Positions 1 through 13,868 of a stretch of 64,000 nt of DNA are shown here, in pieces (position 1 is the first letter of the stretch; each line of letters starts with the position of its first letter). The notes under the pieces are model-generated. The model was not told the origin of the DNA and did no database searches. It worked only from the letters and a program-made list of their open reading frames with translations. The stretch is from Eledone cirrhosa. Taxonomy: Eukaryota. Location: positions 56,048,001-56,112,000 of the forward strand of contig OZ024742.1 in assembly GCA_964016885.1 (NCBI GenBank), written 5' to 3'. The position numbers were made by a program, and so were the translations under genes.

Positions 1-2003
1 GCCCATAACTCTGCTCAAAACAGAGTTTAAGATTTTGGCGAAGGTGTTAGCGAAGAGGTTGTCGCTTGCCGTCGAAGATTTGGTTGGGGAGACGCAAACC
101 TGCGCAATGCGACCAGGTCCATTCACAACCTCCACCTGATGCGATACATTATAGAGAGCGTAGGGTGTAAACCTAGCATCGGTGGGACTCTAATCAATTT
201 AGATCAATCGAAAGCATTCGATAAGATCGACCATCGTTACCTGGAGGCTGTCCTCAATGCAGTTGGCTTCAGCCCCATCTTCAGAAGCTGGATCGCTGCA
301 GTGCACAGCGGTATCTGCTCGGTGGTCAAAGTTAAAGACAGCCTCTCAAAACCGTTTCAAATCTCCCAATCGGTCCGTCAAGATTGCCCTGTCTCCCTAC
401 TTCTGTACGCATTGACTCTCGAGCTTTTACTGTGGAAGCTGGAGCTTTGCAGGGCATCCCGCTCGAATCGGGACGCGGAAAGGCAGTGTGGGCTTATGCG
501 GACTACATCATTGTGATGGTGTCGGACACCTCGGATATCGAGGTGGTCGACAACTCATTGGAGGAATGTGAAAGGTTGATGGGAACGAAACTTAACCCGG
601 CAAGTTCATGCCGTCCAACAGTGTCGTTGGGCACTAGACGGATAGACCGGTAAATTTGCTCGGGGCTTGGTTCGAGCCAGACCTCCAGGTGGATAAGAAT
701 TGGGACGAGGTGACGGGCAGGGTAGCCAGTCTCACCGAGAAATGGGCAGCGAGGAAGCTATCACTGAAAAGTCGGGCGGAGGTGGCCAATGCATACATCC
801 CGTCCGTCATCTACTACCGCCTGACCGTCGCGTCTTGCCCCCGTCCGCGTCTCACCAAGCTGGAAGGGTTCCTCTTCAAATACTTGTGGAGGGGACGAGT
901 TCCGTTGGTGAGACGGTTCATCTGCTGCCAGCACCCTCTACGCGGAGGGCTGGACATGCCGTGGCTAATGATGAGCAGACATGCGTTGAGGCTGCGGCAA
1001 CACCAGATATTCTGCGGCAACTCCAGATATTCTGCCTCAACGGTGATCACGTGTGATCACCGTTTGTCAGACGGGCCTTTCCGCAGCTCGTATCTTTGAC
1101 TGAGCTGCAGTCCTGGGTCAACAAGAGACCGGGATTGCGTGACTGGCATGTGGAATGTTGCCAGGCACTCATTGCCCTATACCAGGCGGGGAATGTTGTC
1201 ATTAGAACCTCCATTCTCGAGTTCTATAAAGGATTAGTGGTGGGCAAGTGCGACGACGCACTCGGAAAAACTCCGGGCGTTGACGAAGTCTAACTAACCT
1301 GTCTCTTTCGAGCCGGGGACCGAGGATAACTTCTAAAAAAACCCTTGCTTGGCAGTGCTACCGGGGCGCACTGCCGTTTCGAGAGAAACTCTACAGGCAC
1401 GGAAGTGCTGTCAGACGGACCCGCCCGAGATGCACGCAGAAAGACGAAACCGTTCTGAATGAACTCCTCCAGTGTCCGTGCATTACTGACTTGTGGAGTT
1501 ATGTCGAACAGTTGTTGTCGCGTGTAGAACGGGTCCGGCAATCGGCCGAGTCCATAGTGAAGATCGACCCGCCGCCTTCTTTTGGCCAGGAAGGGCAGGC
1601 AATTTTCCTCTGTATGGTGGACGATGTTGAAAGGACTGAAGACAGACACTTTTCTCTTGGGCCAATATCTCATCAACTTTTTCAAATTTCACTTGGAAAG
1701 GGAGGTGAGGGTGGAGAGAGAGGTGCTGTCCTCCTGTACATTTGCTGAAAGGTGGGTGAATGTGGCGAGAATGGCCCGTGTAAGTGTGCCTACTCTGACC
1801 ATGCACCTCTAAGCTGGTGAATTTGAGGAGGAGAGGGGTGCCCTTCCCAGGTGCCCTCGAAGCGTCGGGTGGTTCAGGATTGATGGGGTACGGTGGTTAT
1901 CCTCCCTATTGGGGAATTTTCAGTGTTGTATTTTTCTTGTTTATTATTGTTGTTTTCCTATTTTTTACTCGATTTTTATGTAAAACCCCCATTGTCCCCG
2001 ACT
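1..2003 (+). mobile_element. Tx1/L1-clade non-LTR retrotransposon, 3' half (frameshifted ORF2 RT + C-terminal region + 3' UTR)
   Basis: RT motifs across frames: LINLDQSKAFDKIDH, SVRQDCPVS, YADY; Tx1-like C-terminal LSLKSRAEVANAYI and RGGLDMP; degenerate CPRC..ET zinc motif ~1420-1475; T-rich 3' UTR ending next to (GTA)n. Confidence 0.88.
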
Positions 2004-2005
2004 AG

Positions 2006-2006
2006 T

Positions 2007-2056
<50 letters not shown>
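2006..2056. repeat. (GTA)n microsatellite at the 3' end of the Tx1 copy
   Basis: Direct inspection. Confidence 0.95.
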
Positions 2057-2509
2057 TGCTGTTGTTGTTTTTGAGGTATTGTAGTAGTTGTAATAGTAGT
2101 TTTATCAATGAATGTTTTTTTAACTATCACACTCCATCAGCTCAGCACTCCTGTCAGCATGTATGCCTTTAGTTGCAACACATTTCGTATCCTATTTTCG
2201 TTGTGCTGTGGGGATCATATTGCCATGGAAACATGACAAATTCATTTTCTTTTTCATAATAAATAAATAAAAATATCATGTGTTTTAAATATATGCGTTT
2301 TATCTCTTCTGTTACCATATTTCTAATGAAAGGCTTTATCTGTGGTTGTCAACATTCTTACTGCAGGCATTACATACACATTAATGACTAGCAGCTGAAG
2401 GTGGCGTATATACATTGTATACTAAACGTACGCTTATTTAAAGGTTTTAGAGAAAAATGTGTTGTGTTATAGTATTAATATATATATGTATGCATTGTAT
2501 TATTTATAT

Positions 2510-3065
2510 ATATATAACTGAGGATGTCTGTCTGTGTGTGTGTGTATCTGTGAGTTTGAATCCCCAAAACTCGAGAAGTACCCAACCGATTATTTTCGAA
2601 CTTTACATGTGTATTACTTACGTTTGAGGGAGTGCTATGCATATAAATATTCAACTTTTTGATTCCCTATTATTAGGTGAAAAACTGCGTTTTTTTCAGA
2701 TTTTTAGGGGTTTTTGAGGCGTTACGTCAGACCGATTTCCTTCAAATTGTAACTATGTATTAGTTAGTCTCTTCTTCATACCGTGAGCAAAGAAATTCTA
2801 ACTTTTTTATGGCCTAGGGTCCGTATTTGGTGAAAAACTTCATTTTTTCAGCTTTTTAGGGCTTTTTTGAGGCGTTACGTCTAGCCGATTTTCCCAAAAT
2901 TTCAAGGCATGTTATGCACATAAAAGAAATTCCTTTTCTTGATCCCCTAGGGCCCGCATTAGATGAAAACCTGCATTTTTCCTGCTTCATCGAGGAAAAT
3001 CTTAAAGATTATCCAGCCATCAGAGTATTTGGTTTATTTTCTTTACATATTGTCCAGGCATGCAG
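2510..3065 (+). mobile_element. Probable non-autonomous Helitron/HINE-like element with internal ~150-bp tandem units
   Basis: Starts tatataactgaggatgtctgtctgtgtgtg, then ccaaaactcgaga..ccaaccgatt; repeated unit ggtgaaaaact..tttttgaggcgttacgtc..ccgattt at ~2677 and ~2829; layout recalls invertebrate HINE/DINE-like elements. Confidence 0.45.
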
Positions 3066-3759
3066 TTTTTCCACCATTTCGGGGTTGATAAAATAAAACA
3101 ATTCCCCATGGCGATGGATTAGTGGAAGTTTTAGAACGTCAGACGATAACCCGCCCTGTGTCACTACCGGAAATTTGCTTCCTTAGTTCAAATTCTGCCT
3201 ACTAGTGATTCGGATCACCAAGATAGCCAGTGTTAATCACTTGACCACGTGACTGAAACTGATTATGAAACCAGCAAATTGTATACTATCATTGTGGTTG
3301 TCTTCTACTGCAGTCAAAATATAATGATGTTCCTATCATTAACCAATTAACCAGTTATTTGGCATGTTTCGCTATTATTTCATTTTACAATTGAGCTTAA
3401 ATTGGATATAATTGAATAAATACTTGCAATCATTTACCTTAGTTACGTAATCAATCAGACATCATCTTAATTACACGTTCAAAACTATTTGAAGTTATAA
3501 GATAAAATTGATTCAGTGATCAAACTATAATATATTACGTAGGTGTATACTTCGCTTATAATCTTACTATTTATTGTATCTACAATGAACCATTTTTGTA
3601 TCAATTACCTAAGATTCAAATATCTCCGTATTGCATAATTTCAAGATATTCCAATGTAATATCATTCACCAAGCAATCGCTTGAAAATCACTTGACAGAA
3701 ATCTAATTGGTATGCGAACACTTTAAATCGATACGAAATTTCTTTTAAGAAATCATCTT

Positions 3760-4125
3760 TTGGAAAGCATAGGTTCTGCTGCACGTCAGGCTGAGGAGGC
3801 CAAACTCTCCAAGCACCGGTCGCTCTCCGACAGGTTTGTGGTCGTGCCCTTGGCAGTGGAGACTTTTGGCCCTAGGACTACCTCCCTACTCACCACCATA
3901 GGCGCTGAGCTGGCCAACCGCAGGTATGAGCCTCACGAGCTAGAATGGCTCTTCCAGCGCATACCCCTTACCATCCTCCGGGGAAACGCCTTCTCCAGTC
4001 TGTCCGCTTGGGCTGTGGGAACCCCATTTGCTCACCATACAGAGAGATGGGGAGGGCGAGAGAGATGGAGGCGATGACAGTGGGAGTTCGGCTTTTCGAC
4101 GTTCGGGCCATATCCTTGTGGTTGT
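3760..4125 (+). mobile_element. CRE-clade non-LTR retrotransposon 3' fragment (end of restriction-like endonuclease + 3' UTR)
   Basis: AARQAEEAKLSKH..FVVVPLAVETFG..WLFQRIPLTILRGNA matches the CRE RLE C-terminal pattern; related copy at 13.72-13.97 kb. Confidence 0.75.
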
Positions 4126-6509
4126 GTTTAATGTAGTTGTGTATTACTGCCACCTCCACGACCAGCATCACCACTACAACTACTATTACTACCATATTCA
4201 ATCATATAAGAGTGCCCAACTTAAACATGTATTTCAATCGGATATCATGCCTTCCATGTTCTGCTGTTTATAGAGAATTCTTCAGTTAAAACGTTACATT
4301 AAAGTTTGAAAATATTTCCCGCACATGTGTCTGTATTAATCTACAATATAATGAAGAGAATGAAGGCTTTAATCTAATTTTAAATAATTATTGTGTTTTA
4401 TAGAAACTTTTCTTTGTTTTTGTCATCATTGTACGTTATAGGACAATGGTACGTAATGTAATACTTTTAAAACGTCATACTTTGTACAGTATTGATCTTG
4501 TAAAATTTATTCAAAGATTAAATGTTTCAGAACTATGATACATTTAAATTGAAACTATATAAGCTAAATAATTTAAAATGATATATAAAAGTGGGTGTGT
4601 TTGTATGTGTGAGTGTGTGTGTGTGTGTGTCTGTGTGTCTGTGTCAGTCTGTCTGTGTGTGTGTGGGTGTGTGTGTGGGTGTGTGTGTGTGTGTGTGTGT
4701 GTGCGTGTGCATGTGTGTCTGTGTCTGTGTGTTAATATTAAAATTTAACTGCATTTTATTTAGGAAAGCATGTCAAATAATTATGTTCATGCTTAAAGTA
4801 TTGCGTAGCCCTTTAGAAATGCTTCTCAGTTTCGTTTGAATTCCCGAAAGCAATTCAATAATTTATCAATCGTAATACATCTGAAAAGAAAACAAAATAA
4901 GCAAAACACATGCTGACTCTACAAAATTATTCTTCTGAAACCACTTAAAGAAAATTATGCTATTTTTAATAATATATTACCTTAGGCTTAAAATTCTTGA
5001 AAATATTATATATATATATGAATCTGAATATATTCAAACTCCAGTGTTAATGGTGCCTGTAGTAAGTGGCGTCACTTGGCATCATAAATAGTTAATGCCC
5101 AAGAAATACAGAAATATATTTAGATACACAATGTAATTACCCGCATGTAATTTACAAGAGTTACGATGTATTTTTCTCTTCCTCTCTGGTCTCCAAATTC
5201 AAATACAGCTGATGTCAAATTGCGTTTCATAATTTCGACGATCACAAAATAAATGCAAGTCCAAGGCGATTAATTGACAGGATTGTTAAAACTCTAGATA
5301 AGATACATTGCAGTGTAATTTCTGGTTGGTTTTGTCTGTACTCTTAGTTCTTGGGTTGATGTGTTATACATCCCCACATTAGCATCTTCACCTTGTCCTC
5401 TGGTGTAATTAGCAGAGATTTATATGGTACAATTATGTGGGCCAGGACATCAATTTGAGGATCACTCCCTCCTTATTTCCCACCGGTCACGTAGGTCCTG
5501 ATAAATTAAAGGAGATGAGGAAGCTGTTAATCCCACTCTGTGGCAAGTACTGAAGAAAACACACTTTTTTGGACGTTCCCACTACCGTAGAAAATAACTA
5601 GTTTGGTTCTACATCTTAAATCAAAAACATTTTGCGCTGAGGTAAATGAATCTTTAGCCTGATGCTTCACTCCACACTTAATACTAACTGAACCCGGTTG
5701 TCTTGTTAGATATCGCGGCATGAAATCAATACCAATTGATATGAATAGTAAACCGGCTGACCTAGACATAGATATTCCTTACTGCAAACTGTATAATATA
5801 CCAGATGTCAAGTATCCTGTCTTATTCATATCTGACTCCTGCTAATATTTAAATATAAGAAAATATAACTCCGTTTGTCTAGGAATTTCCTAATCTTTGA
5901 ATTCGCATTTTTGTTGCTGAGTATTTCACTATGTGCATATTTAACGTAATTCTCAGAGAGAACTCACATATTATAGTTTGTGACCCGGAAGGACATGGGA
6001 GTTACATATAGAATTAAACCGACTATCTTTTTCTCTATTTTCATCTACCCAGTTTCCACAATATGGTTTGCTTGGAGCAACTCGAGGCTGAGCAAAAGAA
6101 ATCACCCAAAATCTCCATCTCGTTAATGCTAATTGAATGTTTTAAGCATTATTTCCCCGCTGTAAAAAATTTAGAGGTTTACTGCAAGAATTCAAATATT
6201 TTGAGGACAGAAGAAAGTAGAAGTCTCGAAAGCAACTGGCACATAGCAAAAATGTTCAGTCAGTGCCAGATATTTATCACTTTGTCAATATCAATTCGAC
6301 CCAATTTTTTTATTTTTTATTTAGAGTTGAAAACACCAATGTCCTTAAGTAATTGCATAGCAAATCCTATTATCAGTAAGCTGGATCCCAGCGTCTTTAG
6401 AGTTGAATAGCTGGTACTGCACATTTTGCAAAACATATCAACGACAAATTCAACTAATGGCTCTGACTTAATATAAACATATTATTAGAGATATAAGTAT
6501 GCGAGAGAT

Positions 6510-6640
6510 GGCTAAGTAGTGGAATTATTTGAGCCCCACATTAGGATGCTCCTCGTTATTCTTTCTGGGTGGCTGAATTCAAATCCTGCGGGAGTCAAAT
6601 TCATTTTAAATCCATTTGGGATTGATAAAGAAAATAACAT
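6510..6640 (+). mobile_element. Highly diverged Nin/Deu-domain SINE remnant
   Basis: gaattcaaatcctgcgggagtcaaattcattttaaatccatttgggattgataaa resembles the B-box + core of the other SINE copies. Confidence 0.4.
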
Positions 6641-7343
6641 GAAATAGAGTCGCTTCTCCTTCTCTCCTATTCGCTCCCATGATCTCTCTCTCTCTCTCAT
6701 TCTCTTTGAATTCTCAGCTGGAGTCAAAAGTGGAGTGCGATGTATGTTGCCAAGTTTGTCAAGACGAAATACCTAAAAATTGGGAATTATGGAAGCAGCT
6801 TAGTGACAGTGAAAAAGTCAAAGGGAGGGTCCAGTTTGCTCGAAGATTTCATTTTTTAAAATGCAACTGAAATTACTTTATTAGATAGTGGTTAAAAGGT
6901 GTTCGCATGTTTTCATCAGTTTACATTCGTAAATAGTTCACTATCATTCAAATTATACAATATTCTAGCTGTCTTGTTATGTGAGATATCATATACCTAT
7001 TTATACAAATGAACGAAATACGATATACCAAGCAATAGAGGCTTACTATTCTTACGCAAAAGTAAATTGATTTCAATTAATTACAATATTTTGAGATGAA
7101 CTTTAATTGATTATGACTCATAGGCTATCAAGTTATATTGTCTTAAATTCAGTGTTTTCTTTGGGTAGTTTGCCATATGAAATCCTATATCTGTAATTGA
7201 TTAATTTCCATAGGTGATATTTACTTTGGCAACGTGCGTACTAGAAAAATACAAGACGATCTACAACCTTAAGACTTGAAACACTCCCGCCTTGACTGGG
7301 CTATATTCATTTATGTAGTAATGATTTATATAAGTATATGGGC

Positions 7344-7382
<39 letters not shown>

Positions 7383-7459
7383 CGCGCGTGTTCGTGTGGG
7401 GGGTTGTGTATGTAAAGAGAGAAAGAGAAATAGAGGGGGATGTGTATGATTTATTTGTG

Positions 7460-7786
7460 AAGGTATGTGGCTTTGTGGTTAGGGTAATCGGCTCACAATC
7501 GTAAGTTCATGAGTTTGGTTCCCGACAGCGCATTGTATCCTTGAACAAGACACTTTATTTCATGTTTCTCCAGTCTACTCAGCTGACAAGAATGAGTTGT
7601 ACCTGTAATTCGAAGACCCAGCCATATCACATTCTGTGTCACGCTGAATTGCCCTGAGAACTAAGTTTAGGGTACGCATGTCTGAGTTAAGGGTAAGCAT
7701 GTCTGTGGAATTCTCAGCTACTTGCAGGTTAATTTCACGAGCAGACTGTTCCGTTGATCGGATCAACTGGAACCGACGGAGTGCCA
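7460..7786 (+). mobile_element. tRNA-derived SINE (octopus-type)
   Basis: A-box-like tggctttgtggttagg, B-box-like gagtttggttccc, core tgtatccttgaacaagacactttatttc, 3' end gatcggatcaactggaaccgacggagtgcca; small internal duplication ~7670-7705. Confidence 0.8.
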
Positions 7787-8092
7787 ATTTTATGATTCAT
7801 TTATTCCTAAACTACCTATTCGCCTTTCTTTCTATGTGACTTGTTTACCCATATATTTAATAAAGATCGGACGTTATGTAACATCATGTGCGTTCGTTTT
7901 CATGCACACCAATCGATGGTAGTTGCATAAATATCATAGATTGGCCCGCACGTTGAACACTGTGCTCTCAAACTGTCTTGAAACAACGTATTAATTAACT
8001 ATTTTACCTTGTATTTGTTCATTGTTTAACATTATGTATGTGTATTTATTTGTATCTCTGTGTCTACGTGTTTGTGCATGTGTGGGAATGTG

Positions 8093-8251
<159 letters not shown>

Positions 8252-8845
8252 ATGGGTGGGGTTGTTATGTATTTCCATTTAAAATTTGGAATGTAATATT
8301 TTTTATTAAATTTAATTATGTTTTTAATTAATAGCGTATTTAATATATTTCACTTTAGGAACTTATCTCATATAATTTAGCCTCGGCAATTCGTAGTAAA
8401 ACTATTCCATTTCTTCTATAGAGTGTTTTTTAGTTTTCTTTAGTTCCTAAAAGCGGTAATAATTAATTCTTAATTTAGTAATTTCAAGAAAATATATGAA
8501 AGTATAATGAACATAAATAAAGTTCGATTTCTGATTTTGCTGCAATATGCTTCCAAAATTGCGATTAAACACTGTTATTGCAGATGCAAATAAAATACTG
8601 CCATAGGTTTTAATTGATGGAATTATAGTAGAAAGAAACCGTTAAATTAGTATGTAGAATGCTATCTCTAATGTGTAAAGCAAAGTGAAAAACACTGATA
8701 CATACACAGACGCTCATGCCATCACACGCACTCATACTGGGGCACAAACAGACACATGTGTGTATACCCGTAGGGTCAATGAAACACAAATACCATCAAC
8801 CAAGATACATATAACATGATATATATGTGAACGTGTATGTTTGTA

Positions 8846-8899
<54 letters not shown>

Positions 8900-8900
<1 letters not shown>

Positions 8901-10280
8901 AACGAAGGAAATGTGGTAAGGAACCAGGTGGACCATAACGCACCAAAGTACTCAATACTTAGTGTAGTAGAGTGGGTAATAGGAACCAGTAAGACCCCGA
9001 CGGCTGAGCTCAAGCCGTTTCGACGGCTAATTCTGGACTAAATGAAAATTTATCCTGGTATTTAAATAGCCGAGCTTCTCAAGGGTTAATTCCATATATG
9101 GTCAAAGTGATTGTCAAAAGTTAGTAGTAATTCTGTGATTGCAAATTAGTAGGGGAGATGGTGGCTAAACCTGCCAGTAGGAGGAAAAGTGGAGGGGGTG
9201 GAGTAGACCCAATCATGCGTTGGTAGTGCCAGCTACAGCTGGGCATGAGGTCAAAGAAGATACTGGGGAGGGGGAGGAAGTCGAACGGTAGGTAGAACAA
9301 TGAGGGGTAAAAATATATATATGAAAGAAAAAATACTGAGAGTGATGAAAAGCGAATAAGTGTAAAGAAAAAAGAGTATAAAAGCAAGTTCTACGACCTA
9401 AGTCTCTAGCTATTGTTAGGCTAGATAAATAAATAAAGAAAGAAAGAAATAAAGAAATAAAGAAATAAATAAAGAAATAACGAAATAAGTAAATAAACTA
9501 GGTGGGACGGAATAGGCAAGGACCCTTTTAAGAGGTATAAGTACGTAAATCATACGGTGGCGGGTCAACAAATGGGGCCAAAATACTAAAGAAACTACCA
9601 CGAAATAAATAATAAAGGTTTCTATCCCGGGCACAAGGCCAGCAACCACCCAGTGCAGCAAAGTAAACTAGTACGAGATAATAATTCTGAGTCCCGAAAA
9701 AAATATATACTAATGCTAACTCTAAAGGTACCGCCGCGCTACAAAAGATCTTATACAAACTACATGAAAGTTCGTACGAAGTAAAGGTAGAATACGGAAA
9801 AATAAATTCAGAATCCACCCCGCCCAAAAGAAAAGAGAAGAAAGAAATACTGAAACGAGAAAATAAGGCATAAGTGCCACTAAGAAATATAGAAGGCACG
9901 GAAAATAGGGGGAGCGGTAGGAAAAAGGGGGAAATATCCGAGGTCTAACACAACTGCTATAAAAAGCGGAGTCCGCCAAATCTATCATAGACTAGGGGAG
10001 GGGGTAGGGGTACTGAAGCTACAAGGGGCCAAAGGGCAGCCTCGGGTGGGCGAGAAAAGACGCCGACAAAGAAGAAGAACTGGGGTAGAAGGACTAAGGA
10101 GGGATGGGGGGAAGAAGGAAATAAAGGAAGCGATAAAAGAATAAAAAGAAAATCTTACGTCTCCCTTGGCAAGCAGGGGTTACCCATTGCAAAATCGGCA
10201 AGTGGGGTGTTATAGCCCTAGTCTACCTCCCCGGGTCATTATGGGGTTTGTGGGCGAGGTAAATCCTACGCAATCTATGT
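8900..10280 (-). mobile_element. Non-coding pLTR-like element with hammerhead ribozyme (PLE-derived); SINE tail fragment at ~9618-9660
   Basis: Ends at (TA)n; terminal ~85 bp shared with 20955-21040; HHR fold at 8996-9085; no coding similarity recognised. Confidence 0.55.
8996..9085 (-). ncRNA. Type-I hammerhead ribozyme, U3:A8 core variant
   Basis: Minus strand: ccc-TTGAGAA-g(ct)cggcta...tagccg(t)c-GAAA-cggct tgagctc agccg-TC-ggg; stems I, II and III pair; GUC cleavage triplet. Confidence 0.72.
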
Positions 10281-10289
10281 TTACATGCA

Positions 10290-13200
10290 GTAACCAGTTC
10301 ATCTTTCTTGTTTAGGAGTTTTTGCTCGCTCTCGTAAGTTTATTTGTTTACCTGTCAAAACTTATTTATTGAATTTGTTTTTGTTGTGTAAGGCATACAA
10401 GCCCTTGGACTTTGCCCTGTGAAGGGGAAAGAATAATATTTGGGCCTTTTGGCCCAAATATTTGAACTCTTTTACATTTATAAAAATTATCGAAAAAAAA
10501 ACAAAAAATGGCTGAGCCACGCCCCTAGCGATATGTCTGCTCTCGTGCGACAACGACGTACAAGTTGAGAGGAGCGCTACGGCGAAATTAACAGAAATTG
10601 ATACAACAAACACCACCACAAACAATGTGAACAAAGACAGCAACGATAACAACACTGAGAACTCTAATTTTGAAAAAAATGTGAGTAACAGCGACAACGA
10701 AAATACAGATAACAGAAGAAATGACAACAAATGTAAGAACAATCTCAACACCACTAACATGAAAACAAATAGCGACAACACCAACAGCAACAATACCAAC
10801 TGCACCGAGAACAACGGAGGCACCAAAGACAACAATGATAACAGCGACATTGATGACAACAACACCAACAAGAACGACAACAACAACAACACCCCCAACG
10901 ACAACAAGAAGAACACTTTCGCTGCGGCAGCAGCCAAAAAGAGGCCATGCTTCAACATGGATCTCTCAAACAAAGATGAAAAGTTGACCCAGGCCTGGAA
11001 GCTCATCAAGCAAGAGCAATCCTGGGCCAACTTAACTGTCCCAGTAGAAGCTATTGAGGCAGTGGAGCGCAGAACGGTGCATTATAGATGCATCTCAGCA
11101 AAAACCAAAAGGGCAGCTTTAATTCCACAAGCAGATGTTGAAGTTGCGCTGAGGTGCATCAGAGATGACACCGAATACATAGCGAGGGGCAAACAGTACG
11201 GCACCATTTCGGTGCTGTTTAAGTCAGAAGCCGTCGCTATGAAATACGCTATGACTCCTTGAAAAACCAGCAAGGTCATAATGTACCCCTCACACATGGG
11301 AAAAAGAACGGCCCGTCTCCGCATTCCCAGAATCCCACCAGGACTGGACATGTGGTGGCTTCTGGAATGTGTGATTGTGGAGGGGACGGATACCGTCCCG
11401 ATAGAAGTGACAAGAACTGCCAGAGCGGACTGGTCCGGGGTTGACCTGGAGATACTTCTCCAGATCACGCCCGAGAATGTGAAGACAATCCCGGACCGAC
11501 CACATCTTACTTCAGAATGGGACGGTCATTCATATTATGACCGAGGTCAAAAGGCGGCATTGTTTTGTTTGTGGGGAAAAAAACCATTTGCGAGCCTTCT
11601 GCCCTCAACTGCTGAAAGATGCAAGGGGTCGAAGGGCTCCATTGCTGCCTACGCCTGGGCAAGGACCACAACCAACACCAGCACCGGCAAATCCACCAGC
11701 AACAACACCAATAGAAAGACCACCACCTACATTGACCACCCAGGGGGGAAAAGAGGAAGGTTGTCAAATTCCCCCTCCCCCCCCCAAAAAAATACACACA
11801 TCAATAAAAACATAAACACACACACATATACACTTACAGACCCAGACGCCTCATCTACCAGTAGTGAAGATAAGGGAAAACCAAGATCCCCCAACTACAT
11901 AAAAAGAAACAAAAAAGAAAAAAAAAAACTCAACAATATCACCCACTATAAAAAATGCAGACACCACCCACGCAAACATCTCCCCAATAACACCAACACC
12001 ACCATCAACATCACCAGAATCCCCCAAATGCAAGAACAAATACCCACGCAAACATCTGAAACCACAGACACCGCACTCACCCCCACCCCCACCCATTTTC
12101 GACGACTATCAGATCTTTGCATCTGTTAGTTGGCCGGGAATCGGAGGCGGGGTGGCAGTGCTGTTTAGGAAAGGCCTGGATCTCGAGGTAAGGTCTATCT
12201 TCCAGGACCCGAACTGGAAGTTGGTGGTCCTAGACGTGAGCAATAACGAAGGTGGTGCCTATAGACTGGTGGCCGTCTACGCCCTTACTGGAAGCCTTTC
12301 TGAGTACGTCTCGCGCTTTACTGTTAGCGGGGGACTGGAACAGCATCTTAGACCCACGCTGGGACTGTGTGGGAGTATCCGATAGGAGCGGGGGGGGGGG
12401 TGCAAAAGCCTCCAGAACCTGATCAGCCAGTTCCAACTGTCTGACAGGTACTGACTAGATTTCACTAATGCGCCAGTATGGACCTGGACTAACCGCATAG
12501 GTCATCTAGATCGTATATAGACAGGATATTCATTAGGAAAATAGACAGAAATAGTGTAAGCTGTCCACGTTTTAAAACCGGCACCTATTCAGATCACAAG
12601 TTTGTGATCTGTATGGTCGACCTAGATAAGACGCGTAGGTTAGGACCTGGTTACTGGAAGCTAAACATGTCATTTCCGGCACGTAATGCTTACAGGGACC
12701 AGGTCAACAATTTAGTTAAGAAAAGGTTGACAAGGGGAGTCGTCAACAATAGATTGTGGGGGGCTCTCAAAAGAGAGATTAGGGTAATGTCGATAGAGTT
12801 TAGCAAAGAAGTAGCGTTAGAGAAACATAGGAAGGAGGGGGAGTTGGTAGATAAGTTAGACGAGGCTATTTGTACTAACGTGCTAGCGGCGAGAATGGCA
12901 TTATACCATTTCTTCAATGCGAAACATGAAGGTTGCATTGTCAGAGCTAAGGTGCGTGCTCTAAGAAACGAGTGAACCAAAGCCCTTCGATGGGCCCGCG
13001 TGGCGGAGGCGCAGCGTGGTAATAAAACCACGATTCGGTCTTTGACGGACCGAGATGGACACGAGCTGAGCGATTCCAAGCGGATGTGTGAGGCCTTTCG
13101 CCAACATTTTGCTCGGTTGCTCGGGGAAAGTGCCGGGTCAGAGACGGTGGCGGAGTTCAGTCTCTACCTCGATGGCTTGCTGCAACCCTCGACGGCCGAC

Positions 13201-13400
13201 GCTGGGAGCTGCGAAAGGCCGATTACTTCAGCTGAGATTCAGGATTCCCTTGTCGGCTGCATGAGGCGTAAGTCACCCGGTTTGGATGGTCTGCCCTACG
13301 AGCTTTACGTAAATATGCCAGACTTGATCTCCAATCTCTTCGAAGCGCTCTACTGCAACTGGCAGCAGAACGGGAGCATTGGTGTCACTTATTTTGAAAA
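10290..13400 (+). mobile_element. Tx1/L1-clade non-LTR retrotransposon, 5' portion: ORF1 (Asn-rich N-terminus, gag-like CCHC knuckle), APE endonuclease, start of RT; disrupted
   Basis: CFVCGEKNHLRAFC (CX2CX4HX4C) at ~11561-11602; APE motifs GVAVLFRK, RLVAVYA, YIDRIFI/SDHK; GPGYWKLN; KSPGLDGLPYELY. Confidence 0.88.
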
Positions 13401-13837
13401 ATAACCAGATCAAGATAAATGAAAAGATCAAGATTAATGAAAAGTCAAGAGAACCGCCATGTTCCAAGCAGCAGCAGTGAAAGCACCAGCTGTGTTAACT
13501 TTTTTTTAACTAGCAGCAGCCAAGCACAGATTTTAGTTTCCAACGAAACAATAGTCAGGCTTCTTGCAAACAACTCTTCACTCACTATATTCAACACCAG
13601 TACAAACACTACCACTAACACTACCACCACAACTACCAACATCATCAACATTAGTATTAGCAGCAACAACGACAACAGCTAAAGCAACAATGGCAACAAA
13701 AAACAACGACAAAACATCTTTTGCGAGATGGAATGGCTCTTCCAGCGCGTCTCCCTTACCATCCTCCGGGTAAGCGTCTTCTCCATTCTGTCCGCCGGGG
13801 TTGTGGGTGAGGGTGTGTGTGGGTGGGGTGTGGGGAT

Positions 13838-13868
<31 letters not shown>

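Noticed and set aside
10150-10200. Resemblance to U1 snRNA (cttac..ggca..gggg..cccattgca) just upstream of a Tx1 element
   Set aside because: Only short scattered words match; no Sm site or U1 stem-loops found
10362-11030. 222-aa hydrophobic ORF resembling a membrane protein
   Set aside because: Antisense shadow of the AAC-rich Tx1 ORF1
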